From: Negaprion brevirostris
Lineage: Eukaryota
Length of the DNA stretch: 64,000 nt
Assembly (NCBI GenBank): GCA_030324005.1
Contig: JARDVH010000025.1
Location: 76,325,454 to 76,389,453 of the forward strand
Direction: 5' to 3'
In this document: positions 12,298 to 24,140 of the stretch, piece by piece
Layout: each line of letters opens with the position of its first letter
Numbering within the stretch: position 1 is the first letter of the stretch
Program-made: the position numbers and the translations under genes
The notes under the pieces: model-generated
The model's input: only the letters and a program-made list of their open reading frames with translations
The model's database searches: none
What the model was told of the DNA's origin: nothing

Positions 12298-12832
12298 AGA
12301 TATTTCTCTTACATTATTATTCTTACACTTCTTTTTGGCTTTCTTCATCAATTTTGATTGGTTTCTAATCTCTAATATTAGTTTAATTATTATTTATTGG
12401 AATATAGTTATTCTGTATCATGCAAAGCACAAATAAAAAAAGACACTGAAAAACACATACTTCGCAATATAAATTACAGTTAGCAGAAATAAATTTCCAA
12501 TTAAAAACATATAAAAGTGCTCACCTTTTCCAACTGAAGTTACAGACTAACCACTTAAACTTTCTGATCTATCTTAGGAACAGATGAGGTGATGAATGGA
12601 TTTTCGATGACAAAATAATCTCATCAAACATGGCTTGGAGCCTTCATTGTGAATCTTTTTGTTGTGCCAAGGCAACTGTGGACATCAGCAGTTCTGGAAA
12701 TATCTGAAAATATTCTGATTGAAAGCTCTGTTCAACAGTCATGATATCGATGACAACATGCAGAAAGCAAAGTCAACATTAGTTTTATAGGTAGCATCCA
12801 GTGTTTGTTCAATTTACTGAACCATAAATCAA
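12298..12832 (+). repeat. Local segmental duplication, copy A (~535 bp)
   Basis: Colinear and highly similar to 14141-14686 along its whole length, e.g. ggaatatagttattctgtatcatgcaaa, tgtggacatcagcagttct, tgacaacatgcagaaagcaaagtcaac. Confidence 0.93.
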
Positions 12833-13678
12833 CTTCTGTGATATGATACTATATTTGCATCATTGTACTTTATCATGCAATGTGTTATTTTAAAGTCCTA
12901 TAACAACTAATTTATTTTGCATTGAGCTCAAAAGAACATGGAAATGGCAAAACTTGGAGAACAAATCAAACAATTTAAAAATAGAGAAATATTGTGCTGT
13001 TCACTAACTTTTTAAATATTTGGAAGTGAGGAAATAATTGACATTACACAGGGTCTTATGCCAGATAAAGTTTATTCACCTCTGTTCCTGGTTGAACTCT
13101 TATCTTGGTGGGCTGTTAATGTAGACAATGTAAATGAGCTTGGGATCTTTTAGTGGTTGTACTTCCCACAGCCTGTCTAATCACTTGCAACTCTTATTTT
13201 TTTTAAGTTCTATTTCCCCCAATTTTTTGTTTACTCTTTTCAGACCACCCACCACACATTTTTCATCAAACAGTAGTGTGTGCTGACCTTAATCATAGAC
13301 CACTGTCAATGAAATCTGTTACTGAGCTGTAAGAGACACTTGATGAAACAGATAATATCGATTTACCTCCATCTCAGCAAATATGGAATCCCTGCTTCTG
13401 TGCAATGCTCCATATAATAGCCTGGGCAAGAGTGGACATGAATCCAATATCAAAGGCAAGTGAGGTTTGTGACAAACATTCATAGAACTTAAACTCAGCC
13501 TGGTTGCCAGTCAGGGATTCAGCCGTTTGTGACGTTGGTTTTCTATGTTGAGATGAATAAATTAGGCTTTGGACTCATAACCTGAAACTCAGCTTGTCTT
13601 TTGGTGAATTTGACATCTGATAAAAGCATAACGATAAACAAATTATGCAATTTTAGAATTTTCCCTTAGGGAAGAGGC

Positions 13679-13990
13679 TTAGGGTGGCATGGTTTTGTTT
13701 TGTTCAGCATGTTTCTTGCATCGTTTAAGAATTACCTGGATAGACACATGAGCAGCCTGGGAATGGAAGGATACAAACGAATGGTCTAGTTGGACCAATG
13801 CGCGGCACAGACTTGGAGGGCCGATGGGCCTGTTTCCTGTGCTGTACTGTTCTTTGTTCCAATAAAGTTATTTTCCTGTTGCTAATTTGTTTTTTATGTT
13901 AGTTGAAGGGTGCATAGAATTTGAAAAACAAAAAGATTATTCAACCCATTTAGTCACTTCTTTGGATTACGCATACATGTTTATGGAATC
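13679..13990 (+). repeat. Left arm of an inverted duplication (contains a ~145-bp CR1/HER1 3' insert at ~13717-13862)
   Basis: gtggcatggttttgttttgttcagcatgtttctt...ttattcaacccatttagtca..ttggattacgcatacatgtt.atggaatc is the reverse complement of 14842-15004. Confidence 0.9.
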
Positions 13991-14135
13991 ATGGTGGAAC
14001 AGTGGTTAGTCCAACCATGGCAACTGTCTGTGTGGAGTTTGTATGTTCTAAACATGTCTATATTGATTTCCTCTGGGTATGCCGGTTTCTTCCCATTGTC
14101 CAAAAATATGCACGTTAGGCGAATTGGCTATGGCA
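13991..14135 (+). mobile_element. HE1-type V-SINE, internally deleted 5' part
   Basis: cagtggttag...ctgtctgtgtggagtttg...gtccaaaaatatgcacgttagg. Confidence 0.8.
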
Positions 14136-14140
14136 ACTCG

Positions 14141-14686
14141 AATATTCCTCTTACACAATTATTCTTATAGTTCTTTTTGACTTTCTTTATCAATTTTAAT
14201 TGGTCTCTAATCTCTAATAATATTTTAATTATTATTTACTGGAATATAGTTATTCTGTATCATGCAAAAGAGCAACAAAAGAAAGACACTGGAAAGCACA
14301 TACTTCTCAATATAAGTTACAGAGTTAACCGAAATAAATTTCCAATTAAAATCATACAAGAACACTCACCTTTTCCAACTAAAGCTACAAACTAACCACT
14401 TAAATTTTCTGCTCTATTTTAGGAACAGATGAGATGATGAATAGATTTTCGATGACATGATAATCTCACTCATCAAATGTGCCTTGGAGCCTACATTGTG
14501 AATCTTTCTGTTGTGCCAATGTGACTGTGGACATCAGCAGTTCTTAGAAAAGTCTGAAAATAGTCTGATTGAAAGCTCTGTTCAACAGCCATGATATTGA
14601 TGACAACATGCAGAAAGCAAAGTCAACTTTAGTTTCCTAGGTAGCAATCCGGTGTTTGTTCAATTTACAGAACTATAAATGAACTT
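14141..14686 (+). repeat. Local segmental duplication, copy B
   Basis: Direct copy of 12298-12832 with scattered substitutions and small indels. Confidence 0.93.
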
Positions 14687-14694
14687 TAACAGCA

Positions 14695-14846
14695 ATGTCC
14701 CAAGATGTGTAGGTTAGGAGGATTAGCAGTGTAAATATGTGGGATTCCAATAATAGGGTAAGGGGTGGGCCTCCATAAAATGTTCCGTTGGAGAGTTGGT
14801 GCAGACTCAATGGGCCGAATGGCTTCCTTCTGCACTGTAGGGATTC
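14695..14846 (+). mobile_element. HE1-type SINE 3' part
   Basis: gatgtgtaggttag...gcagactcaatgggccgaatggcttccttctgcactgtagggattc. Confidence 0.85.
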
Positions 14847-15004
14847 CATGAACATGTATGCGTAATCCAAAGTACTGACTAAATGGGTTGAATAATCTTT
14901 TCATCATTCAAATTCTATGCAGTCTGCAACTAACATAAAAAACAAATTACAACAGGAAAATATATTAGAAGAAACATGCTGAACAAAACAAAACCGTGCC
15001 ACTC
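14842..15004 (-). repeat. Right arm of the inverted duplication
   Basis: Reverse complement of 13679-13990 without the LINE insert. Confidence 0.9.
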
Positions 15005-16549
15005 AATAGATGATCTATTCAGTATTAAATTGTGTCACTAGCTGTTAAATTCCGAACAAATGGTAATCCTTGCCTAACACAGGAAATTTGCAGCAGCCTC
15101 TTTGTCTGTTCAGCTCTGAGCATGAACCTGTGATCAATTAAATCACAACATGTTTAACCAGAACATTTGAGAATGCCATTTGGCCTACAGTAGAGATTCA
15201 GCCAAGATGTACAGTACAATATTCAGACTGATTTCATGCTGGTGTGAAAATGGCTTTAGAAGTATCTTCTTTTTGACCAACCCAGTAGAACGTGCAAAGC
15301 AATACATATTGTCAAAAGAATTTGTTGAAAAATAAAACATAATTTTATGTGTATGAAATATAGTGCCGGGAATGACCGTTGCCGATGTCACCCACATAAT
15401 GCTTAGTGTGTTTAAATTACATCATCCTCTCTATTCACACTTTTGAAGGTGAATTTAGCTCATTTAAAATAAACAAGTTAACACTTCGATTAAACTAGAA
15501 AAGGAATGTCTTGTGAATGTGTTAAGCATTCCCTTGGCAATATCACCAGCAGTAATTTCTAGGTTATTATTCTAAATCTGCAGCTAATATTTCTCGAGTC
15601 TCCTATTAGCAGAGATTGAATTTGCAAGCTGAGCTTAAGTCAGATGAATAAGGGCAGGAATGATATGCTTTCCTTAAACTGAAAACCTCAATTGTGATTT
15701 AACCAATAATTTGTACTGGGGTGACAGGTCTTCATTGCAATAATATGCAGGGAAATGTTGATTGTATGTATAATTTTACACTAGTGAAGCTGAGGTGAGA
15801 AACAGTGCACTTCCGTCCAATTATCCAGGAGACATTTCAAAAGTAAATGGCATTTTGTCATACAGCCAAACTGTTGATTACCTAAAAGAGACCAAGCTGT
15901 TGATTGTGGTTAAAAAAGGTCTTGTGCTCTGCATGGGTTAGGTTCCTGTATATTCAAACTCATACCTTCGGGATGTATTTTCATGAGTTTGGGAAGTTAT
16001 GATTCCATAAGGTTTCCATTGCTAAGTTCAAACCAGATTGCAGTCCATTCTAATTTCAATGTGGTGTGATTTTCACAGTGAAGTAAGTGATCTCAGTTGA
16101 ATCTGAACATTTTTAGAGAAGATTGCATATTACAGATGAGACAAAAATTATTCTGACAAAACTTTTTGAGTGACCCTAANNNNNNNNNNNNNNNNNNNNN
16201 NNNNNNNNNNNNNNNNNNNNNNNNNNNNNNNNNNNNNNNNNNNNNNNNNNNNNNNNNNNNNNNNNNNNNNNNNNNNNNNNNNNNNNNNNNNNNNNNNNNN
16301 NNNNNNNNNNNNNNNNNNNNNNNNNNNNNNNNNNNNNNNNNNNNNNNNNNNNNNNNNNNNNNNNNNNNNNNNNNNNNNNNNNNNNNNNNNNNNNNNNNNN
16401 NNNNNNNNNNNNNNNNNNNNNNNNNNNNNNNNNNNNNNNNNNNNNNNNNNNNNNNNNNNNNNNNNNNNNNNNNNNNNNNNNNNNNNNNNNNNNNNNNNNN
16501 NNNNNNNNNNNNNNNNNNNNNNNNNNNNNNNNNNNNNNNNNCTTTCGGG

Positions 16550-16790
16550 TAATGTATGGGCTGTGGGTGTCACTGGCTAGGCCTTATTGCATTTATTGTC
16601 TATCCTTAATTTTCCTTGAGAAGGTGATAGTGAGATACCTTCTTGAACCACTGCAGTTCCCGAGGTGTGGGTACACCCACAGTGCTATTAGGGAGGGAGT
16701 TCCAGGATTTTCACTCACTGACAGTGAACAAATGGTGATGCGTTTTCAAGTCAGGATGGTGAGTGACTTGGAGGGAAACTTCCAGGTGAT
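16550..16790 (-). mobile_element. CR1/L2-group LINE 3' end (same family as 11280)
   Basis: cttcttgaac..ctgcag...acacccacagtgct.ttaggga.ggagttcc...gacttggagggaaactt matches 11368-11508. Confidence 0.8.
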
Positions 16791-17749
16791 GGACTGGTTA
16801 AGGAGAGCAGGTTTTTCTCTCTGAAGCAAATCAACCATTTTTTAATTACAGTCCAACAACTTCATGATCACTTTACTGATAACAGCTCTTTTGTTTCCAG
16901 ATATCTTAACTGCAGCTGAGAAAGTGGCATTTCCTTCAAATGCCTCACTACCTTTATCTCAAAGTAAGTCAATGATTAGTTCTCCCAGCCTCTGGGACGT
17001 ACTTAAATCATTCAAAGTTATTACAGCAGTACCAAAATGGAGTTTGGTGCATTGCCTGACTTGACCGGCGTACCCTTTCATTCATGAACTATTTAAATAA
17101 AAATGTCCACCCGCTATGATTAGACTAAGCAACTTACATGAGTTTGAAGTAACCTAGTATAGTTGGGAATTAATTTTAAAAAGGGCTTTTAATGTTCTGA
17201 AGAAGTGTGATGGTTTCCTCCAACCACTGACAAAGTGGATGCCAGTTGATGGGTTACAGCAGCAAATGTTGACTTGAAATACAGATCCAGTGTTGGTGGG
17301 ATACTGTTGTAGTCAGGAGAACTAAACTGAGGAGACTCTTCCCTTTCCATGTGTTCATGGAGTCTCATTTAGAAAGGCAGCTGTATGTATATTAAGTGCT
17401 ATTCCGAATCTCTGTCAGTTGAAGCTCAATTTTTACAAAATTGGAACACTAATCACACTTTTCCAAAATATTCATCAAACATAAATGTTGATGCTGGGAA
17501 TGGGACTCTTCCCATTCCAGTCAGCCTGGTGGAAGAATGAGAAAGAAATAGGGGAAGGGCTGTCAGGTTTGTATTAATGATGGATGCTCTAGAACACTCT
17601 AAGTGGTTGCTGTCTTCAGAGGTTCTGATTGCTTACAAGGTCTCTTAACATTGCTCAGTCACATCTTCTGATTCGTAATTTGTGGCATTCCATCCTAAAA
17701 TGAATACTCTTGTATCTTTTATGGATTCTAAATATTTACAGAAAGGAAC

Positions 17750-18066
17750 ATGGCACGGTGGCACTGTGTTTAGCACTACTGCCTCACAGTGCCAGGGACC
17801 CGGATTCAATTCCGGCCTTGGGTCACTGTCTGTGTGAATTTTGCATGTTCTCCCTGCGTCTGCGTGGGTTTCCGCTGGGTGCTCCAGTTTCCTCTCACAC
17901 TCCAAAGATGTGCAGGTTAGGTTGACTGGCCATGTTAAATTGACCATAGTGTCAGGGGGATTGGCAGGGTGAATATGTGGGATCACAGGAATGTGGACCA
18001 TGTGGGATTGTGATCAGTGCAGACTCGGTGGGCTGGATGGCCTCCTTTTGCACTGTAGGAATTCTA
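17750..18066 (+). mobile_element. HE1-type V-SINE, near full length
   Basis: tRNA-like head ggcacggtggcac..tg.ttagcact.ctgcctcacag.gccagggacccgg.ttcaattcc, V-domain, LINE-derived tail. Confidence 0.92.
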
Positions 18067-18925
18067 AATGATGAGCAGCCTAACAGCTTCAGGTTATCCA
18101 TTCACTTCAGCTAATTCATTGCTGCTTCAATTGCTTGAGTTCCAGCTGTAGTAAAGCTGTGCCAACTTAAACATCCATTCCCTCCACAGGGGCAAGATGC
18201 ACTATAACACAAGATGCACAATAACACAAAATTCACTATAACAACTCACTGTATCTTCTTTGACTGCACTTTTCAAACCCATGACCTAAAGAGCTGAAAT
18301 AATCAGAAAAGTACAAACACTGAACAGCAATATTTTTTAAAAAATGGCTTGTTCAGCAATTTCTAGGGTGGCTAAATTTTTGCGTAATTATTCTTACAAA
18401 TTTCAAGCCATTCAAACAAAGAGAGGTTGTCCAGGAAAAGCTCATCAGAGACAATCACCTTAGAGGAATGTGAATAAACCATCTCCTGGACCATTCACAA
18501 AACATTCAGACAACTATGCAATCAACTGAGTGTAGAACAAATCATGAGACACAATCACATTGAACAATTGGTCCTAGCTGAGAAGGGAATTCATTCAGCC
18601 ATAATCTACTCATGTCCATACCATGGACCTGGAATCAATTAGCTATGACCAGGTTTGGGTATCTGGTCTGTTGATGAGGGGAGATCATGTGATGAGCTGA
18701 CAACTTTTATTTGTGATTTAGAAACTATTTTTCTCCAGACCAGTCATAAGAAGAGAAACAAAGCAGAAGGAGGACCCTGAATCGGCACTCTCTCTCTCTC
18801 TTTCTTCCTGCACATCTGAGCCCTGCCTGTTGCTTGACCATCCACATGCCACAATCAGTGTTTTAAAAATCAACCAAGCAGCTGCTGACTTCAGAAGAAA
18901 AGAGATAAATCATTCATAAACATCC

Positions 18926-19715
18926 TTAATGTGAGGTAAATGTAAGAATATGCATTTTGGAAGGTCTAATACAGATAGGAAATATACAGTAAATGGCAGA
19001 ACCCTTAGGAGTATTGATAGGCAAAGNNNNNNNNNNNNNNNNNNNNNNNNNNNNNNNNNNNNNNNNNNNNNNNNNNNNNNNNNNNNNNNNNNNNNNNNNN
19101 NNNNNNNNNNNNNNNNNNNNNNNNNNNNNNNNNNNNNNNNNNNNNNNNNNNNNNNNNNNNNNNNNNNNNNNNNNNNNNNNNNNNNNNNNNNNNNNNNNNN
19201 NNNNNNNNNNNNNNNNNNNNNNNNNNNNNNNNNNNNNNNNNNNNNNNNNNNNNNNNNNNNNNNNNNNNNNNNNNNNNNNNNNNNNNNNNNNNNNNNNNNN
19301 NNNNNNNNNNNNNNNNNNNNNNNNNNNNNNNNNNNNNTGAGGGGAGACCTGATAGAAGTCTACAAGATTATGAGAGGCATGGACAGAGTGGATAGTCAGA
19401 AGTTTTTTCCCAGGAAGAGTCAATTACTCAGGGGCATAGATTTAAGGTGTGAGGGGCAACATTTAAAGGAGATGTATGAGGCAGATTTTTTTACACAGTG
19501 AGTAGTGGGTGCCTGGAACTCATCGCTGGGATAGGTAGTGGAAGTGAATACGGTAGTGAGTTTTAAGGGGCGTCTTGACAAGTATATGAATAGAACATAC
19601 TTGTCATAGGGTGGAAGGGTAGGAGATTTTAGTTAAGTCAGGCAGCATGGTCGGTGCAGCCTTGGAAGGCCAAAGGGCCTGTTCCTGTGCTGTAATTTTC
19701 TTTGTTCTTTGTTCT
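18926..19715 (+). mobile_element. CR1/HER1 LINE 3' fragment
   Basis: MHFGRSN..YTVNGR; RGDLIEVYKIMRGMDRV; FFTQ; tail gggcctgttcctgtgctgta..(ttcttt)n. Confidence 0.92.
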
Positions 19716-20387
19716 TTAAATGGTTTTGTTGCAGAATCTGGAAAGACTATTGATCCCCGTCTAAAATCATCCGAGTCATCAATCTACAAGGTACATATGC
19801 AACTGGCATTTTCTTCACTCTCAAAACATTTAACTTACTGATAGATATTGTTTACATTGTTGGCACACCTGTGTATTTAATAAGGCATAATTTGTCAAAC
19901 TATACTGAAAAACAAGCTTAGCAAAGGAAAATCTTAATTTCTATGTATTACATTAATTTTGCGGTTTGATGTTAAGAAAGTCTTAAAGTTGGCATCTCTT
20001 TAAGTGCCAAATACTGTTATGTAGCTTTAAGAAGGAACACTTGGAGTGAACTGAGTTTATAGGCTTCAGCTCCAGTAGTGGCACGACTGACACAGCATCA
20101 GATTAATCCTTTTGGAGGAATGATGGAGTACAGGATGACTTCAAATAGTTTGCCATCTAATGCATTACAGACTTGTATTCAGGAGGTAGTGACTATTAAG
20201 TCAGAAACTTGCCCAATACCATGATATAAGCAGTATTAGTATTTCAGGTTGGGACCCCCAGTGATAGAGGAAGAGAATTGTAAGAGAATAGTTCTTGAAG
20301 CTTGTGATTCAGGATTTAATACAAGACTTCATCCTCATACATATGAAAGACAGCAAATTAAGTATTGTGGGTGAGGGGGTGCGGTGG

Positions 20388-21470
20388 GGGTGTGCGATTC
20401 TCACAAACAAATTTTAAGTGTCGAATTTGCGTAAAAACTGGAGTAAATCCACTGTTCTTTCAGCTGGACTTCCAAAATGAATCTCCCATACTCTGTGCAT
20501 TGCAGAGTGCCTCAGTGTGAATCAGTCGGCAGATCAGTGGGTAGGGCTTAATCTCATTGGAGAGCCGGCAGCAGAGCGCTGAGTGGGCCATTGCGCATGC
20601 GCCAAACTCTCAGCGCTGAGATCGTGCATGCGCTGTGGCTTCAGGTTGCCAGCCACCCCACTGCTGGCCAGCCCTGCAAGCTCTCATCGCTGGCTTGTGA
20701 CAACTGCCCCCCTCCCCGTAGCCTGATCACTGGTCCACCTAACATGACCGGGCCAGCCTCGATGAACTCAACACTCCAGCCTCCCAGCCCAGATCTCCCA
20801 ATTCCACCCTTCCCCCCACCGGCATCCTGCCCATCCCGGCAACGCTGACAAACCACCCCCCCCACCAAACCCTCCCCCATCTGATGGCTAGCCCCAGTCG
20901 CTGGTCTCCCTCCCTCTGTCACTCAGCCCAAATNNNNNNNNNNNNNNNNNNNNNNNNNNNNNNNNNNNNNNNNNNNNNNNNNNNNNNNNNNNNNNNNNNN
21001 NNNNNNNNNNNNNNNNNNNNNNNNNNNNNNNNNNNNNNNNNNNNNNNNNNNNNNNNNNNNNNNNNNNNNNNNNNNNNNNNNNNNNNNNNNNNNNNNNNNN
21101 NNNNNNNNNNNNNNNNNNNNNNNNNNNNNNNNNNNTGATGGCTAGCCCCAGTCGCTGGTCTCCCTCCCTCTGTCACTCAGCCCAAATGCAGAATGGCAGT
21201 GGGACCCCACACCCCCACCAAACATTCTCAGAGGCCTCTCTCCCCTATCCAGCCCTGCCCCATTTGGTCCCGCACACTTAGCACTGTTGTATGCCTGGGC
21301 CCACTAATGATATTGAAAATATATTTAAATATTTTACATAATTTATGCAGCTCTGCACCCGAGTTAACAGCACCAGAAATCCGGCGCTGAGGACTCACGG
21401 GGGCTGTGGTACCCAGCAGGGAGCTCGTGCTGGGTACAAAAGCAGCGCAGTGGGCTGGGAGAATCACCCT
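20388..21470. mobile_element. GC-rich non-autonomous TIR element (MITE-like)
   Basis: Termini gtgcgattctcac (20392) and gggagaatcaccc (21457-21469) are imperfect inverted repeats; similar C-rich interiors at 37400-38110 and 26480-27050. Confidence 0.55.
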
Positions 21471-21575
21471 CTGGGTGTAATTCTTAGTGTTTAGCTGTTG
21501 ATAAGATGGATATTAATGAATAGTTGACATTTTATAAGCAGCATTAGGCAATATCATTCGTCAGAAAATTCTATG

Positions 21576-21697
21576 GGCGGGATTTTATTGCCTTGTTCGA
21601 CCTGAGACTGGAAAATCCTGCCAGAGGTCAACAGACATTTGCATTGGCCGCCCCTTTTCTGCTCCAATTCTGTGGTGGGTGAAGCGGTAAAGTAATG
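21576..21697. mobile_element. Short hairpin MITE-like repeat
   Basis: gggcgggatttt...ggaaaatcctgcc; same family as 4353, 41922 and 54047. Confidence 0.65.
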
Positions 21698-22349
21698 GTA
21701 TATGGGTTGGAATTGAGGATCATGCAGAAGAGAGTTTGGTATATGATAAAATACTATATCCAGTTTAAATCAGCCATAATACAAAAACCTTTCTTGATGG
21801 TGATAGGACCCACAGAAGTCCCAATATTTTCTTGTAATCCTTGATCATCGTGTTACAGCTGTGATAAAGCAGCACATGTAGCAAGGGCATGTAGAGGGCT
21901 TGAACTGACAAGAACGGAGAGATCGCCCAATGAGAGACCACCTCTGAGACACTTCAAAGTCAGTGTCCAGGGCTAAAGGCAAAAGCACTGAAGAAAATTG
22001 AATCAATTGGCTAATTAAATTGTTGATTTAAGTCGGAAGTTTGAGAGACTGGTAGCAGTCGTGACTACACAGATTCAAACACAGGAGGGCAAAGGAAATG
22101 AGATTCCAATACAATGTGTAAAGGTAACCGGAGATTTTAGCCAAATTGTTAGGGCTTTATGACCCAATAGGCCAGGTTCAAGGAACCAAGCAAAGAAGTG
22201 CTGAGAACTCCTTAGATTGATGGAATAGACAGACAGACATGCATTGAGCTTATCTATCGTGCCATTCCTCAAGTACATATCAAATATCTTATGGTCTTAT
22301 GGTCTTAGTGAAATGCCGATAATCAATTTTAATTGTCTAATTAACCACT

Positions 22350-22545
22350 GATTTGATTTGATCTGATTTATTATTGTCACATGTATTAGCATACAGTGAA
22401 AAGTATTGTTTCTTGCACGCTATACAGATAGACCATACCATTCATAGAGAAGGAAAGGAGAGAGTACAGAATGTAGTGTTATAGTGATAGTTAAGGTGTA
22501 GAGAAAGATCAACTTAATGCGAGGTAGATCCATTCAAAAGTCTAC
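22350..22545 (-). mobile_element. Rex1/Babar LINE 3' end (truncated)
   Basis: Near-identical to 23590-23775; (tgatt)n tail. Confidence 0.8.
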
Positions 22546-23589
22546 ATCGGTTTGCATTTTCAATTAGCGATTGTCCTTCTTGCCAATACACTTATTCCTG
22601 AACAAGAAATTTCTTACTGTGGGGTTTAATGTAGAGTATAAATCCCTGGACTATCCTTCCACTTTGTTGCTTATTTTCTGTACCAGTTTGTGTACAGTTT
22701 TATGCATGTGTGAGTAAGAATGGGAACATTGTTACTATTTTTACTTGGATCGGTTGTTAAGTACAATAAATCCCATTTTATGTCAAACCCACACTGAATT
22801 GGCAAGTGGATGCTTTAAAAAAAATCTATTGCTTTCAGGAGTGGTAAAAGAGAGGAGCCATTCTGCCACATCTCACCTCACTCTCACACTTATGCTTATG
22901 ACATTAAAAAGAAACATTCTGCAAAACTTCAGAGGGTGCCTTAGGAACTGATAAATAGTTATCCAAGCATTTTCTCAGAACTGCTTTCAGCTGGCCATCA
23001 TAATTTCACCAGAAGTGCATCCTTTAGTAAATTAATTTTCTGTTTTCCGCTCACTTGCAGCAGTGGAGTGGGGCCAGGACAGAGGAAACTATTGACCTAT
23101 TGATTCTTACAGAAGATGAGAGAAAAGCTCTGTTATGTTAACACTGCTGGCTTGAAACATATTTCTTGCCACAACTGTATACGAACTTTGAAAGAAATAG
23201 GATTTTGCTGATATTTCTGTTGCTGGTAACACAAACCATTTACAAAAGAAATGACAGGAACTATAGCATTTATTCCATCTGGTCTAACTTGAGTCTGAAG
23301 ATAGCTACATCATTCCCAAAGGGAATTACCTTGAACATCTTTGATATATTTGTGATACTGCCAGGTGATTTTTAAAATCAGTTTTTTCAATATTTAGACA
23401 AGTTTTTTTCATCAAATTTTCTCTAAAAACTTTGCAATATATATTTGTAAACTGGCAGAGTTTTGAAATTTTATAAGTGTAAAGAGATATTCTAAGAGAA
23501 AGAAAAATATTTTGTCTAATTTGAACATTAATTTACAAGGATGCTAAATTACAACTGCTGAGGTAATTTTGAATAACACCAAGTTTTTA

Positions 23590-24140
23590 TTTGATTTGAT
23601 TTATTATTGTCACATGTATTAGTATACAATGGAAAGTATTGCTTCTTGCATGCTGTACAGACAAAGCAGACCATACATAGAGAAGGAAGGAAAGAGTGCT
23701 GAATATAATGTTACAGTCATAACTAGGGTGTTGAGGAAGATCAACTTAATATGAGGTAGATTGATTCAAAAGTCTGATGGCAGCAGGGAAGAAGCTGATC
23801 TTGAGTTGTTTGGTACATGACCTCAAACTTTTGTAGCTTTTTCCTGATGTAAGAAGGTGTAACAGCGTATGTCTGGGGTGCATGCCATCCTTGATTATGC
23901 TGGCTGCTTTTTCTGAGGCAGCAGGAAGTGTAGACAGAATCAATGGATGGGAGGCTGGTTTGCGTGATAGATTGGGATTCGTTCACGACACTTTGTAGTT
24001 TCTTGCGGTTTTGGACATACCAAGCTGTGATGCAGCCAGAAAGAATGCTTTCTATGGTGCATATGTAAAAGTTGGTGAGAGCCATAGCTGACATGCTGAA
24101 GTTCCTTAGCCTCCTGAGGAAGTAGAGGGTCTTTTTTACC
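23590..24140 (-). mobile_element. Rex1/Babar-clade LINE 3' fragment
   Basis: LYFLRRLRNF..LTNFYICTIESILSGCITAWY...SFFPAAIRLLN, the characteristic Rex1/Babar RT C-terminus. Confidence 0.88.

Larger units (their letters stand above)
18380..22260 (+). mobile_element. Decayed LTR retroelement (putative LTR ~18380-20030 plus gag remnant) with nested insertions
   Basis: 21851-21892 encodes CYSCDKAAHVARAC, an intact CX2CX4HX4C knuckle; LTR identity and outer boundaries are inferred and uncertain. Confidence 0.55.

Noticed and set aside
15190-15335. Plus-strand open stretch MYSTIFRLISCWCENGFRSIFFLTNPVERAKQYILSKEFVEK
   Set aside because: Short, unrecognised and within chance expectation
17750-17825. 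tRNA gene (A/B boxes)
   Set aside because: It is the tRNA-derived head of an HE1 SINE continuing into the V-domain and LINE tail; the same applies to the other SINE heads
19735-19790. Small exon-like unit (SGKTIDPRLKSSESSIYK)
   Set aside because: Weak donor (GTACAT) and located within putative LTR sequence next to a LINE tail that supplies the pyrimidine tract
20591-20922. Pro/Gly-rich ORFs and an NRF1-like tgcgcatgcgc palindrome
   Set aside because: Inside a TIR-bounded repeat; motif and ORFs are explained by repeat composition
20882-21187. Exact direct repeat as a biological duplication
   Set aside because: 100% identical and flanking an N-gap, so more likely an assembly overlap
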